Under the pieces are notes generated by a model. The model did no database searches, was not told the DNA's origin, and was given only the letters and a program-made list of their open reading frames with translations. A program made the position numbers and the translations under genes. A stretch of 64,000 nucleotides of DNA from Tubiluchus corallicola (lineage: Eukaryota > Animalia > Priapulida), in the NCBI GenBank assembly GCA_030141605.1, contig JAQGDQ010000005.1:1240180-1304179 (forward strand), read 5' to 3'. Below, piece by piece: positions 35,303 through 48,257 of this stretch (position 1 is its first letter; every line of letters starts with the position of its first letter).

Positions 35303-37680
35303 GGCTTTCGAGTTAGTTGAGTGTTTTTCACAAGCATTTAGATATTGTATTGTAATAATATACAGTTTTTTACATAAGTAAACCATACTGGATTAAGTAG
35401 TAGGTATAGTCAAGTGATAAATATGGTCACGCATAACAATGAATAACATTAAATAACTCTAAGATTATGGTAATAGAGTCACGAAACCTGCAGGATAGAC
35501 ACTTGGAGTAGGGGCTCACTCAGTGGTATAAAAAAACCTAGGATTGTTTAAAGGTCCGAGACAAGAACCAAATTAAGACCGCGAGCAGTACGAGTTGCAA
35601 GAGAACTTAATATTAGGCAGTAGTCGCCCAGGGTAGGCACAGAGTCATTGGGCTTTATTTAACATTAATCGCACATGAGTAAGCCGTAGTGGGCCACCAA
35701 TTTTGCGTTTCAAAATTGACCAAATTCCCTTTCAAAGAATCATCAATTCCAATTTCAATTCTGCTTCACAGAAATTTTAAGTTATGTCACCCTATACCAA
35801 ATATTTATCATCAAATTGTATAATGTGCAATAGATTGCAAATAATAAAATAAATTCTTATGTGAATTAAGTACGTAGTCTATCAGGCATTTGTGTTTGGC
35901 TTTGCATAACATAAGAACGAAATCTACACTATGCATAAGAAATTTACAGAACACTATCCGATCATCTTCATACAAACCATTTGGGGAAACTGTCTGGTTC
36001 TTCCCCAGCTGTCACATGCACAACTGGTGCAGATTATTTTATATTGTTGATTGAATTATCACCTTCATTACCTATTCTAAAAATTGAACTAAATAAACTT
36101 GAATTTGAAATCAAAAAGGGATAGAATTTAAACAAATTTTATTGTAAATACAGAAAAAATTGAAGACGTACTGTTGATGTGAACGCAGAGAGCCTTTTCC
36201 CAGATGTTTTGCTATTTACAATAACTTAGTGGATGTGCAATTTGCATAAAAAAACTTTTGGGGGAGCACTTCTAGCAAGGCTGTGAAATGCTGAAAAAAC
36301 TGCTTAATTTTCCCCAAAAAGCAACAAGTAAAGTAAATTCTGCCTCTAGTTCCAGAGTACATAAATATTTTGTAGCTATTTCCATTTTAGTATTCCATTT
36401 CCGTGAATTCTGTATTACGTGAATTGTTTTCCAAGATCACAGAAAATTAGAAGTCCTACACTGTCAGATTCAAATTGAAATTGTTTAAGGCCTGGGGCAA
36501 TAGTCAAAATCAACATAAGATTCGAAATGTGAAATTTAGGGCAAATTGCTTTGTCACAACAGCGGAAACCGAACCTAAGTGATAATTTGTTACAAGCAGC
36601 AGACACACTGGGTAGTTACTCTTTGGTATGTAATAATGTACAAGTTAAACACACTTAACCAGGTATGATCAGGTGTAAACATGGTCATGGTGTTATGCTT
36701 GCCAGTTCAGATCTGAACACATGCAATTCTGTTCACTGATAACAAACTTTAATGTAACAAAAAATGTTCCCTATAGAAAATATTCCTACAGAATATAATC
36801 CATAGTATCTTAGGATTATTAATGTTATTAAGATGAAATTATTATTTGCTTTCAATGTACATTTGAAATTTTTTTGTGCGTCAGTATCTGCACTGTTGAA
36901 TGTCACTCTCGTATATATTCCTATACCTATATACATTCGGTAAGCGCACAAAATTTTGTTGGTACAATGTCTGAAAATGGTCACATTAGCCATGAAATAC
37001 AACTTAATAAACTTTTAAGATATCAGTATTATTTTTTTTAATTTGTGTATGGATGTGAAAGCCAAGTGAAATACAGTTACGTGATTAATCCTGAAACTGA
37101 TTCTTGTTTTGTTCAAAATCAGTGCTATGGTTGACAAAATTCTGTATTGCATCCTATATCTGCAGTGCTTTATTTTTCCAGTTTCAATACCCCCTTAGCT
37201 ACTCTTCCACTTCCAAACATCCAGTACCCAATTATCTATAGTTTTAGTTTTTACTATAATAAAAAGCATATTCACTTGGGTTATAATATGCGCAAACTAT
37301 ACACTGGTTGCATAGTTTGATAAACTGAAATGACAGTGACACCCTTGACCCCATATTGATGGAATGAACTTTCTATGCATGTCTTTCTTCTTAAAAGACT
37401 TCTTCACTGAAGCAGTGCGATATTTTTAGTATTGCCATCTGCTTTGGATCAGTCGGCATCAGAGAAAGCTTCAGCATGTCATGTGCTCTGTTGCTGAGTT
37501 AATGACCATTTAGTGAGTAATTTTTTCCAACATGGATTATGTTTAATTTGGGTTTGTTTTGTGCAAAACTAAATATCCTGGGGCTAGCTTTTTTTTACAC
37601 GTGTAATTTAAAATACTCTAAAACTTCGTTTATTTATTTTATGGCATTGAAAAGTAGGTTTTAGTGAATGAGTAGAATTT

Positions 37681-37822
37681 TGCAATGGTCTTGTTAAAGT
37701 TAGTGTACAATTTTTGCCATTGGCAAACATCTGTACATTAGTTTTGACATCCTGCAATGGTCTCGTTATAGTTATTGTACAATTTTTGCCATTGGCAAAC
37801 ATTTGTACATTAGTTTTGACAT
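37681..37822. repeat. Tandem duplication, 72-bp period, 2 copies
   Basis: TGCAATGGTCT..GTACAATTTTTGCCATTGGCAAACAT.TGTACATTAGTTTTGACAT at 37681 and 37753 with a few mismatches. Confidence 0.9.
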
Positions 37823-40682
37823 TCTGACACATGAGCTCTTTAATTTTTACTTTTAAACTTTATACCTCATGTAGTGTTTTTCTGCAACTGTATCATTTCA
37901 GAATTTTTAAAGTTACAGCTTTGGTACAACATGATTTGAAATAATGTGAAACAAATTAGTGATGAAAGATCTCAGCAATGTTATAAATTCATTAAGTTGC
38001 ATGATGGATTTTGTTTGCATTCCCTAAACCAATCATATATCCATCTCATTTTTTATAGTACTAATCAGTGTTAAAATTTTGTAGTCAATAAAATCCCAAT
38101 GAATTTATCGGAATAGTCTTTGTTCTTGATTGATTCTTCCCCATTAAAATAGTCTATAAAGTAAAGCCAAATATAATGTAATTGGCATTATTTGGCATTA
38201 TTAACATTGGCATTAATAACATTATTAATATGGGTTTATTTGGTCAACTATCTCATCAAAGAAGCCGAAATTTTTGTACACAGGTCTATAGGATACAAGC
38301 AGCAAGCAGATAAACTTTATAACCTTGAGACAAAGTAGAAAGACATTCTTACAATAAGTCTGCACCAGAACTCTGTTATGAAATTCCGGTGAAAGCCTGT
38401 GCTCCTAAAAAAAGGCTGACTGACTATTAGGAAAACTACTAAAGGGGTTACGATAACATGTATTTTCGGATAGTTCCTGCTGCTAATGATATAATGACTC
38501 GGCATCGTCTTGATGATCGAAGATAAGAATGACTAAGGCTAGTGCCAGTAGATGGTACATTAAATGGGCGAACCACTTCAATTCTTGTTCTGGACATACA
38601 CTATCTTTTCATAAACTATGCTAATTGTGACTGTTTATCTTTTGCTGATACAGTGGCTCATCTTAGAGGCATAGCTTTGATGATGAATTAGGTCCCAGTC
38701 TTGCCACCACCATACAACTTGCGGAGTACTTGCTATTGAATGCTGGATTTTGGCTTATATGTGTCCAAATTGTATAAAAAGATTCATGTGTATGCCATGT
38801 TCAAAGAAGTTATTGTGATTTTGTCACTATCTAACACTCACTATGACACTATAAGCCAAAACTAATTTATTGGGTATTTAAAAAGCAAACTGTCCTTGTT
38901 TGATAGTGCCTTTGGTATGAGCTAACTATTAGAACATAATTGAACCTGAGAATTTTAGATTTCAAGATTTGAACTGAATGACATTTTGATTATAGTATAA
39001 AAGTAAATACGTGATTGCATGTACATGTGTATGTGATGTGGTATATATATATATCGAATGTGATGCACATATGAGCAGGTCATAATAAATTTAATATCAC
39101 TATGATACAAATTTCTGGCTCCGTTAATGTAATTAATGCTGCGTATTATTCAGCAGTCATTTTACTGTAGGAATTTGTTCAATTATACAAGTATGACTGT
39201 TTAGCATTCCTGATAAAAATCCTGTTGCTGAATTCATGAATCTGTGAAAGAATCATTGCCCCTGCTGCATCAACATGAGATATTTATAGTCGTGGCAACA
39301 GACTGTAAGAGTCTGTCTTAAATACGAGCTCTGTAGTGTGCCATGGAGAGTCAAACCATTGCTGATGAGTTCACAGCATTTGTGTAGTGCTGTCTTTATT
39401 GCAGACTTAGTGAATTTGTTTTTTGCATTTCTGGTTAATTTCTAGTCTACAGTGTGATTTATTTATAGTCTTGATTTATTCTGCAGATTTTCAAGTAATC
39501 TACTGTGAGTCATACTGTAAGTCACTAAAAAAGCTTTTAAGTAGTAATGGTACAATAATTATTGTAGTCTTTATTTTACAATATAAATGTCATTTTTGTA
39601 ACTTTGTACAATGTTTGTCGTCTGTATTAAGCATTAATCCATATAATTTTATATTGCATAATGTCTTTCTTAAGCTGAGTATTCAATTTTTGAATTACTT
39701 ATATTCAATCATCATTTTTGTGATTACGTGATTTTAAAATGTAAAATGTGGTAGCTTTTTACAGCCATTTTCGTAATACAGTGCTTATAGTTAGCCTCAG
39801 CTTATTATGTATACATAGGGTCTATTTGTAATTTTGCTGTAATTTTTGCTGTTTGCTACAGTCTAGCTCATTCATATTTTGAAATTTTTGTGTCGTTCGG
39901 TACATTTTATATTTGATTTTTCAGGATTTGGTGCTTTAATGTTTCTGTTTTTTTGTTATACATGTATTTCAGAATTGCAAAAACTTTGCTTAATGATTTT
40001 TTTATACTTATGTTTTCCCAATGTAGCAGTGGGATTTTATTGTTGTTATCTTTTATTGTTAACAGGTTTTAATATTTACTATAATTGTATAGCTTTTCTT
40101 GAATTCACATTCAGCTAAATATTTTTCCGGATAAGCTTTTGAGCATTTGGCTATATATATTTCTCCATGATGACTGGTACCCCGTAGATTTGCCACATGC
40201 TCATTTGAAACGCAATAGCCCCCAAGAAAAGTGAGATGCTGAAATCACTTCATGAGCATGTCAGTTATTCACTTACTGGCAAGATTATTTCACTAACATG
40301 CTGTTCGTTTTGCGTGTACGTCAACCTGTCTGCTATATTAGCTCAATGGTGATGCTGCTTCTTTTTTTTATGAAAAATGTGCAGTAAATGTAATGATGAG
40401 TATGGTTAGAAATTTGTTGTTGTTATTGCTATGTAAAAGTTCGAAAATTGGGCTGGTGCATTGCTCTTGACTAGAAGCAAAGCTGGAGAAATTGTAATTT
40501 GACTATGTCTAATTTTGCTGATAAATTTTGAAGAACATCAATAAAAATTAAATGAAAGTGAAAGGTGGTGAATTCTATGTCTTTTGCTGTCAAAACCTGG
40601 CGATACAGTCACGTATTTTTAGTCATTAAAATTTTTCTTCCCAACTTACAAGAATTTCGGCTTTGTTTATAGTGTTTTCTAG

Positions 40683-40824
40683 GATTACTGCTTCACAACG
40701 CATAAATTTAAACATTTCCAGTGCTCAAATAAAGCTCACATAGTTGAAAGTTATTGCTAAAACAAGATAATCATATCGGAAAGGGTTGAACCTTGAAGTG
40801 ATCATTGCAAAGTGAAGTACTGAG
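40683..40824 (+). other. Candidate non-coding 5' UTR exon of the supervillin-like gene
   Basis: ttttctag acceptor at 40682 and GAG|gtgaat donor at 40825, leaving an 88-nt intron before the 40913 acceptor. Confidence 0.35.
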
Positions 40825-40919
40825 GTGAATTTTGTTATAATATAATAGAAAAGATTAACAGGCTTAGAAAGTTATAAAATTTGTTTATTTTATGAATGGT
40901 TGTTATTTTTAGGTCAGCA

Positions 40920-43253
40920 ATGGATGCAAATGAACAGCAGAAAAGTGATTCTGGTGGTAAACAGCAGGAAGTGGTACATCAGGATTCCATTCTAGAACAA
41001 GCTTCTGATGGTGAAGCATCTGATGGTGGCTACCATGGACAAGTGTCTTCAGAATCCTCAAAAGAAGAGGAAACCAAACCTAAACACAATGCTTCTAATC
41101 AAGGGCCCTCTGGTCGTAGAAAGCATAGGAAAGCACCAACTGAATCGCGCAGCTCTAGTGGTGATAACAAAGACAAGAAAAAGAAAAGCACATCTCTTCC
41201 TGGCTACTACAAAAGCAAAAAGACTGGTTCGGATTCAGCAAGTCCGACACTGAAATTAAAGACGGATTTGGCGCAAACAAAAAGTGTTAAACGCAGTGGA
41301 AGAAGTAGTAGTTCTGATCGTCTTCACAAGCTGGAAGAAAGACGAGAAAAGAGATTACAACTCAGTTCCAGCAGCGACGAAGAAATCGACAAACAACAGC
41401 CTGTTAGACTGAGGAGAGATCGTGGGCGACCACGCAATGCAACCCGTCCCTTTTCAGCTGACTTTTCTCGTGTTGATATACGCTCTTATGCACCAAAAGA
41501 AAAAACTGGTGGAAGTTCGTGGATTGAGCCACATGAACAAAAATTAATGGCACAGTCTCTGGGGCAGCTTGCTGCAAGGAGTCACTCGGACCGCCATATC
41601 AATCGTGGGATGAATGGTCACTTCCAACCAGGAGATGTGGGTGTTCAGCCACAAACGATTACTCACTATGAACCTGTTGTAATAGAACTCAGAGGTCCAG
41701 AAGAACAACCTGTAGTCTACACAACATATCCCACTGAAAGTACAGTTTCATCTAACCAGGTTGCAAAACACCATTCTAAGAGTTTAACTGATGTGAATAG
41801 GCCTGAGCAAAAAGTCAGTCATCATCTCGGGTATCATCAGTATCAGCAACCATCTAGTTTACCTATGGATGCACTTCCTAATTCACAGCCATACACATCG
41901 AGTGGTACATCTTACCTGTCGCAACGCAAAGCAGTAGCATCTGCTTTGCAAGGATATCCAGAAATTAACAATTACGCACCTAATACTCAAACTAACTTCA
42001 GGTCTCAGGGCAACTATTATGTTCCTGAACAACAAGACAGAGGTCGCCAACAAGGACGACAACCTCCACCTCCTCCACCTAAACGGTCTTCATCTCAAAA
42101 CAGGTACGCTCAGTATTTCGATCATAATGGTGTTGCCGTTTATTCTGACGTTGTGCCACAAGAGCCTGGCCCTATAGATACGAGTGCCTTCGATCAACTG
42201 TGCAGTGACCTTGGATTAAACAATCAAGCAGACATAGGTAAAAATAAGGTCTACAGTTACACAGATGACAAAGATCCGCGGTTTGCAAAATATGGGTCAG
42301 GTGCTGGCAATCCTAATAAAAGTGAAGGGCAAGGTAATCCAGGCCATGGCAATCCAGGTTATGGTGGTTCTAATCCTGGTCATGGCAATCCAGGTTATGG
42401 TGGTTCTAATCCTGGTCATGGCAATCCAGGTCATGGTCATTCATATAATGCATCTGATAATCATAAAAGTGATAATCCGGGACATAGTAACCCAGGAAGT
42501 AATCCTGGAAATCCCGGTGGAAGGTTACCGTGGATGGGTAGAACTACTGGACAATCTGATGTCAAAAGCAAAATGGAGCAAATAATACAGAAACAGACAC
42601 CTGGCCAAGGAACAAAGACAAGTTTTCCATGGAAGTTTGGCAAATCTGAGAAAACTTCTGATTCTGATACTAGTCATAGGAGTGGTTCCCGCCTTGTAAC
42701 AGATGCAAATCTCTCAGTACCTTCTAGATCGGATAAATCTGGTTCAGATAGCCAGTTCAAAGCTACCGGTGTAAAACCCTTTTCTGGATCGGATCGTGAC
42801 ATCAACAAGTCGGACGTGAAAGGAACCTCAGAATCTGAAAGCAGCTTAGCTGGCGGAAGCAAGTTTTTATCAGACAGGCATAAGAAGACATCAGGAGAAG
42901 CATCTGTACATGCTCAGTCATCTCTACAAGCTAAAACTGCAGCTAATCCTGTTTCTTCATCTCCAGTAAAGTCTTCACCTTCTCCATTGGCAGCAGAGTC
43001 ACCAGGCTCAACGGTGCGTGTGGTGGCGCCCCGTCCTAGAGTCGTTGGTCCTGGACCAAATGCAGTTAAGCCTAAAGATTCGTCTTCTGGGCAAATCCGT
43101 GAGGAACCAACTAAAGACACTGGCCCTGGCACATCAGTGGTAAAACCACTGACTGATGTTAAGCAACAAAAGCAGTTTCCAGAACGGCCTAGATTAGTTC
43201 AGAGCAAGAGTTTTGAAAAGTTGGATACTGCTGATGTACAGTCAAAACCAAAG
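40920..43253 (+). CDS. SVIL: Supervillin-like gene, giant low-complexity first coding exon
   Basis: 2.3-kb open frame in AT-rich DNA, tttttag acceptor at 40912, AAG|gttggt donor; S/G/P/Q/K-rich, PPPPPPKR, GNPG repeats. Confidence 0.85.
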
Positions 43254-46200
43254 GTTGGTATACCAAATTTTTGTTTTAATACTTAATAACATATGACTGC
43301 ATGTAGTGTAATTACGCACTTGCAATGCCTTTTCGACTTGCCCTTAGATGACAGATAAAAAAAATCACTTGGTCATCATAGTAATGCTAAGTTTACCGAT
43401 GCCCATTGCCTAATCTGCACTGTATTTTATTATTTATAAATTTATAAAATTTTGTATTATTTATATTTTTAAAATTTTACTCATTTTTTTACAAATATCA
43501 TTGGCACTCAAAACGTTCATGTTCAGTCAGATGCCCATTGCCTAATCTGCACTGTATTTTATTATTTATAAATTTATAAAATTTCGTATTATTTATATTT
43601 TTAAAATTTTACTCATTTTTTTACAAATATCATTGGCACTCAAAACGTTCATGTTCAACATTTGCAAAAATAAGTTATTCTGGTTGGTCATTTCGTTAAC
43701 TATTTAAAAGTGTTTACTGCTTTTTCAAGTATTCAAAAATTTTTCTATTTAAGAAAAGTCTGTCGGTATCCTGTGAAAAATGCTTCATTTACAGTACTAC
43801 AAAACGGCATAAAGTACTTGATAAATTTACTCAAAATGACAAAATCCAAAAAAGATGGCATAAAAGTGTGACTATTACAAGTACAAGTATGTTAAGTACC
43901 CCTCTTAATAGATTAATTGGCTGTTTTTATCTGCAGATACTCGTACTAAAAAGTGAAAATTTTCATAAGGCAGCTAGTTAATCAGGCTGAACAATGAAAC
44001 TTGTAATTGCACTATTTGCAGTCGCATGAAAGTACATGAACATTGAGTTCACAGTGCAGAGTTAGTTACTAAGAGTTCAACAGGCTGGAGTAATTCTATA
44101 GAAATTTGCTAAATAAACTGGAAAGGCTGTCCGTTAATTAGCCTAGGAGAAATACATATTCATGTTTATCAGACCATTATTTTCTTGCTGTCATCCAATA
44201 AAGTAGCTGCAGTGACTGATTATTTATAGTATTAATTTCAAGTCTATCAAATAATAGAGAAATACTCCATATTAATTAAATAGTTGAATCTCTGATGACT
44301 GAACAAAGGATATATGAAAAAAAATGGGAAACTGACTTTGGATGTGAACAAGGGATCTGTTGGATACAACCTTTAATGATCTCGGGCCACAAAGTGATAT
44401 CTTAATATGATCACATAATCATGGTTCTACTTTGATCCTAATAGCTCTTCAGTCCTGCTTGAGTTTCTAAGCGTCAGTTTACTGAAGCTAAAATAATCAC
44501 ATTTTTTTGTTAATTATGAGGCTAAAATGGTCTGCCGATAATTATAATTATAATTGGTGTGTATAATTTTAATTTCAAAATTATCACCCATTGGTAGTGT
44601 GAACTTACTATTATTAAATTTTTAAATTGGTCATACAATTACATGAAACTTGACACTGAATCATACAATTGCGTGGTCTAGTGCAGAGGTGCCCAGTTAT
44701 CACTTTCTTGTTTATACGCAACTGAAAATCTGCAACTGTACATATATGCATTCTCAAAATCTGCAGATTTATCTGAAACCTGAACATGCTTGTATCTGCA
44801 AGTTTTGCAAATATGTTGGCAGAAACTAGACTTGCTATGTCTTACCCATTGTAAACATGCTTTTGTATGAAGCTAAGAGTTAGAATCACTCATCAATAAT
44901 AAATCACTAGCTAAACCCGGAAAGGAATTTTGCTTGTAAACCCTCAACGACAACTCACCACATGCAATGTACATACATCAACCCACCATATCATACCCGT
45001 CACACCACACCTGAAACCATAATTATCGTGACAGAACAAAAAGAATTGTACTAAAATTGGGTAAACTTTTTGTGCAAACAATTGAAAGTTTTAACTTACG
45101 TACTCAGCTTTTGCATGCTGCAATTTTGCGTAATATCCACTAATTTAGGAATTAAAAATCTGCAGTTTGCATATCTGCACTCAATTCACTATCTGCAATC
45201 TATAAAACCGCAAAATTGGTGCGGATAACCGCAAAAACATGACTGCAAATCCACTATCCGCTAATCTCTGGTCTAGTTATTTAAGAAGATGAGCTTTTGG
45301 TTTAACTGTTTCTGGTTCCAATCCAAGCTTATTGCCAATTTTTCAGTCTTATTTTGATCTAATCTGATTTCAAAAATTTAATAATGTAGGATTATTCAGC
45401 CAGTAGTAATGACACTTTGGTAAAATTGCTACTGAGTTTAGCTGCTAATATGTGTATTCTTTCCACACGTTAAAGTATAAGTAGTACACAAAGAATTTTA
45501 CTTACTGCTGAACTTTACATAATTATGTCATGTGTGCATCATCTGACTGGATTGACAAAAAACATTGTTGGAGCAGATCATTGAAGTTACACTATGGATT
45601 GAAGGCATTATTATCCAACACATTCATCAGAAGTTATGAAAATTATTGCTTTTTGGCAGTTGTTTGCAATATGCTGTGCATGTAGTACATTGCATATGTT
45701 TTTCTACTTTTTTAATGTTTAGCACCCAATCAGTTTACATTTTTAAGCATGACTCAGTAATATGATTGTTTAAACTTTTGTATCCAGAAGCGAGACTAGT
45801 TGTTAAAAATTTTTAATATGTTGTCTTTTATGGGTATTGAGAGTTGAAGAAAGCCTGTACTGTATTGGGGATTTTTGGCATTTTTTGACTTCTTGGTCAA
45901 TAAGAGTAAAATTTGTGGTTCAGTGCAAACAACATCATCCTTGTCATTGTAAAACACTATGCGTGTTGGCATGTTGTTTATTTAATGACCTAACAAACAT
46001 ATGCTAACATACGTCTGGTATATTAAAATATTTTAATAATCATTTATTCATTTCAATAAGTTGTCTGATTTCTTAGTCATGAAACTGATTATTATAGGTG
46101 AAAGGACCAGGTCCCAGTTCTCAAGCTTCATCTGTTATGCCATCTTCCGAGGTTGCAAAGACATCTTCTGAGACAGTCCGAGCTCAACCGCTAGCAACAA

Positions 46201-48211
46201 ATCAAACATATTCTGGGCTAAGTGATAGCCAAAAAACAACAATGGTGCAAAAACCGACTACAGATCCAGGGAAAATGCCAGCTCTGGATCAGAAGCAATT
46301 GCCAGAAACTTGGTCATCCAAACAGAAGAGCACATCTCAGCATGGCTCAGAGTCATTTGAGACACACAAATCCAAACTAGATACTGCAATCTCTCAGCTC
46401 GAGGACCTTTATGAAAAACTAAATCAAGATGAACAAGAACTGTCAGAGTCTAATGCACCAGTGAGACCACAGCCTAGAACAAAACCTTCCTTCATGCATC
46501 AGTATGAGCCACAGGTTGTATTATCAATTTTCTTGTTGTTTAAATGCAGTAAAATGCAAAAAAACTATGCTACACTTACATGTAAGAAGTAGTTTGAATG
46601 TCCTATTAAATTATGATATATTTTGTTCTAAGTTTTAACAAAACATTTTTGTGTAATTATAGGAGCCTTCACCACTTATGCGATCAAAATCTTCGCCAAA
46701 CATCAAATCTTCGGCTGCTTCCATATCTCAGTATTCTTATGCAAAATCTCCATTGGATATCAAGGTATGTTGTTCATTTAGCAAGTGATTTTTTTATTAT
46801 ATCAAATATAATTTTTAGTAATTTCATGACTGCTGTTTGCAAAACTAGACCACTGTGCAGTGTGCACTCAGTTACCTATAATGCTAGCTATACTTAAAGA
46901 TACTGTGTTGTCTCTTTCTTTTGTCATTTTAATGATTGACTGTTAGTGATGGTAACTTAACAGTTTAATCAGTGTCTGCAAGACCTATTGTTACTTTCTG
47001 AGATTACTGTGTATTGATAATTTTGAGGTCCTTTTTTATAAATTATGGTGGAACAAAATGACAGAATAAGACTGGTAAAAGTGCCTGAAAAATTGTTAAA
47101 ATACAAAGAAAGGTTTAAACTGTTGTTTTTTGACAAATTTTGTTATGTGATAGCACTCAACATGTATTCTACTAAGCATTTAACAGTAACTTACGGGAGT
47201 TGTACAGGTTTTCATTATCCGTCAGTCTCTTGGAGAGAATTTTAAAAATTACAAGTTATGTTGTTCTAGCCTAATTGCTAAACAAGGTTGTTACAAATAC
47301 ACCATTTGGCATTCGTGTTGTGCATTTCAAGGAAGCCGCACGCTTTGAAGTAGTTTTCAGTCATTTTTTCTATTTATATTTGCTGAAATAAACGGTATTA
47401 AAATGATGAATAAACATTAAAAGAAACTAGTTCAAAGAAATTATTTGCTTTGTCTCCCCACTGCCCCTCCTTTGTTTTGGACTGACTCCAAGACAACTCA
47501 AAGATGACTTTGTTTTGATGAGAAAAGAGTCAAATAGTAAGGCACCTTTAAATATGCTGTTTTGGGGCATACATAGACCACTGATTTGAGGCCTAAAGAT
47601 TGTCACCTGCTATCATAGCTTTATTTCGAGTTATTTTAAAAATCGCATTGAAATCTGCGTTTTGAATTGCTCAAGTGAATGGATAATGGCAACTTGGAAG
47701 CTGTGTTGACTGTGCCCACTTTAAAGTGGAACGTTTAACAATTTTGCTCTAGTTTCTTTTAAGAAAGACTGTTGTCTGTTTCTTTGTTTCTTTGGCTTTT
47801 GGTAGTTCGAGTTTTTCTTTCTCTTTCCTCCAGGAAATATTGTTGCTTTAAGACAAAGAAACTTGCAGTTTATTGGAGTATATGGATCTAACTAATGAGT
47901 AAGCTACATGCCAACTGAAACAGGATAGATGTTGCTGAACTGATTACTTGTCAGATGGTTCTGGCATGACTGGCTTCATCACTGTACCCATGTGGCAGAG
48001 CTACTGTTTATGGCTAAAGGGACTGTGCGTACATTCATCTAAAGTGAAAATTCCTCTCACTAATTTTCTGCAGGCTCCACTTTTCTTCTGTATTTTCAAA
48101 GGTTGAGTTAGTCTTTTGTTATGCTCTTGGCATACTTTTTCATCTGCATCATCTTTCTCTGTTCCTCTGTAATAACTGTTAATTTCTTTTCTTTCTCTGC
48201 TTTCTTCTCCC

Positions 48212-48257
<46 letters not shown>

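Noticed and set aside
35511-35570. tRNA-like A/B boxes (GGGGCTCACTCAGTGGTA..GGTCCGAGAC)
   Set aside because: No cloverleaf; at most a decayed SINE head
41008-43132. Overlapping and antisense ORFs at 41008, 42265, 42461, 42674, 42914
   Set aside because: Shadow frames of the large low-complexity coding exon
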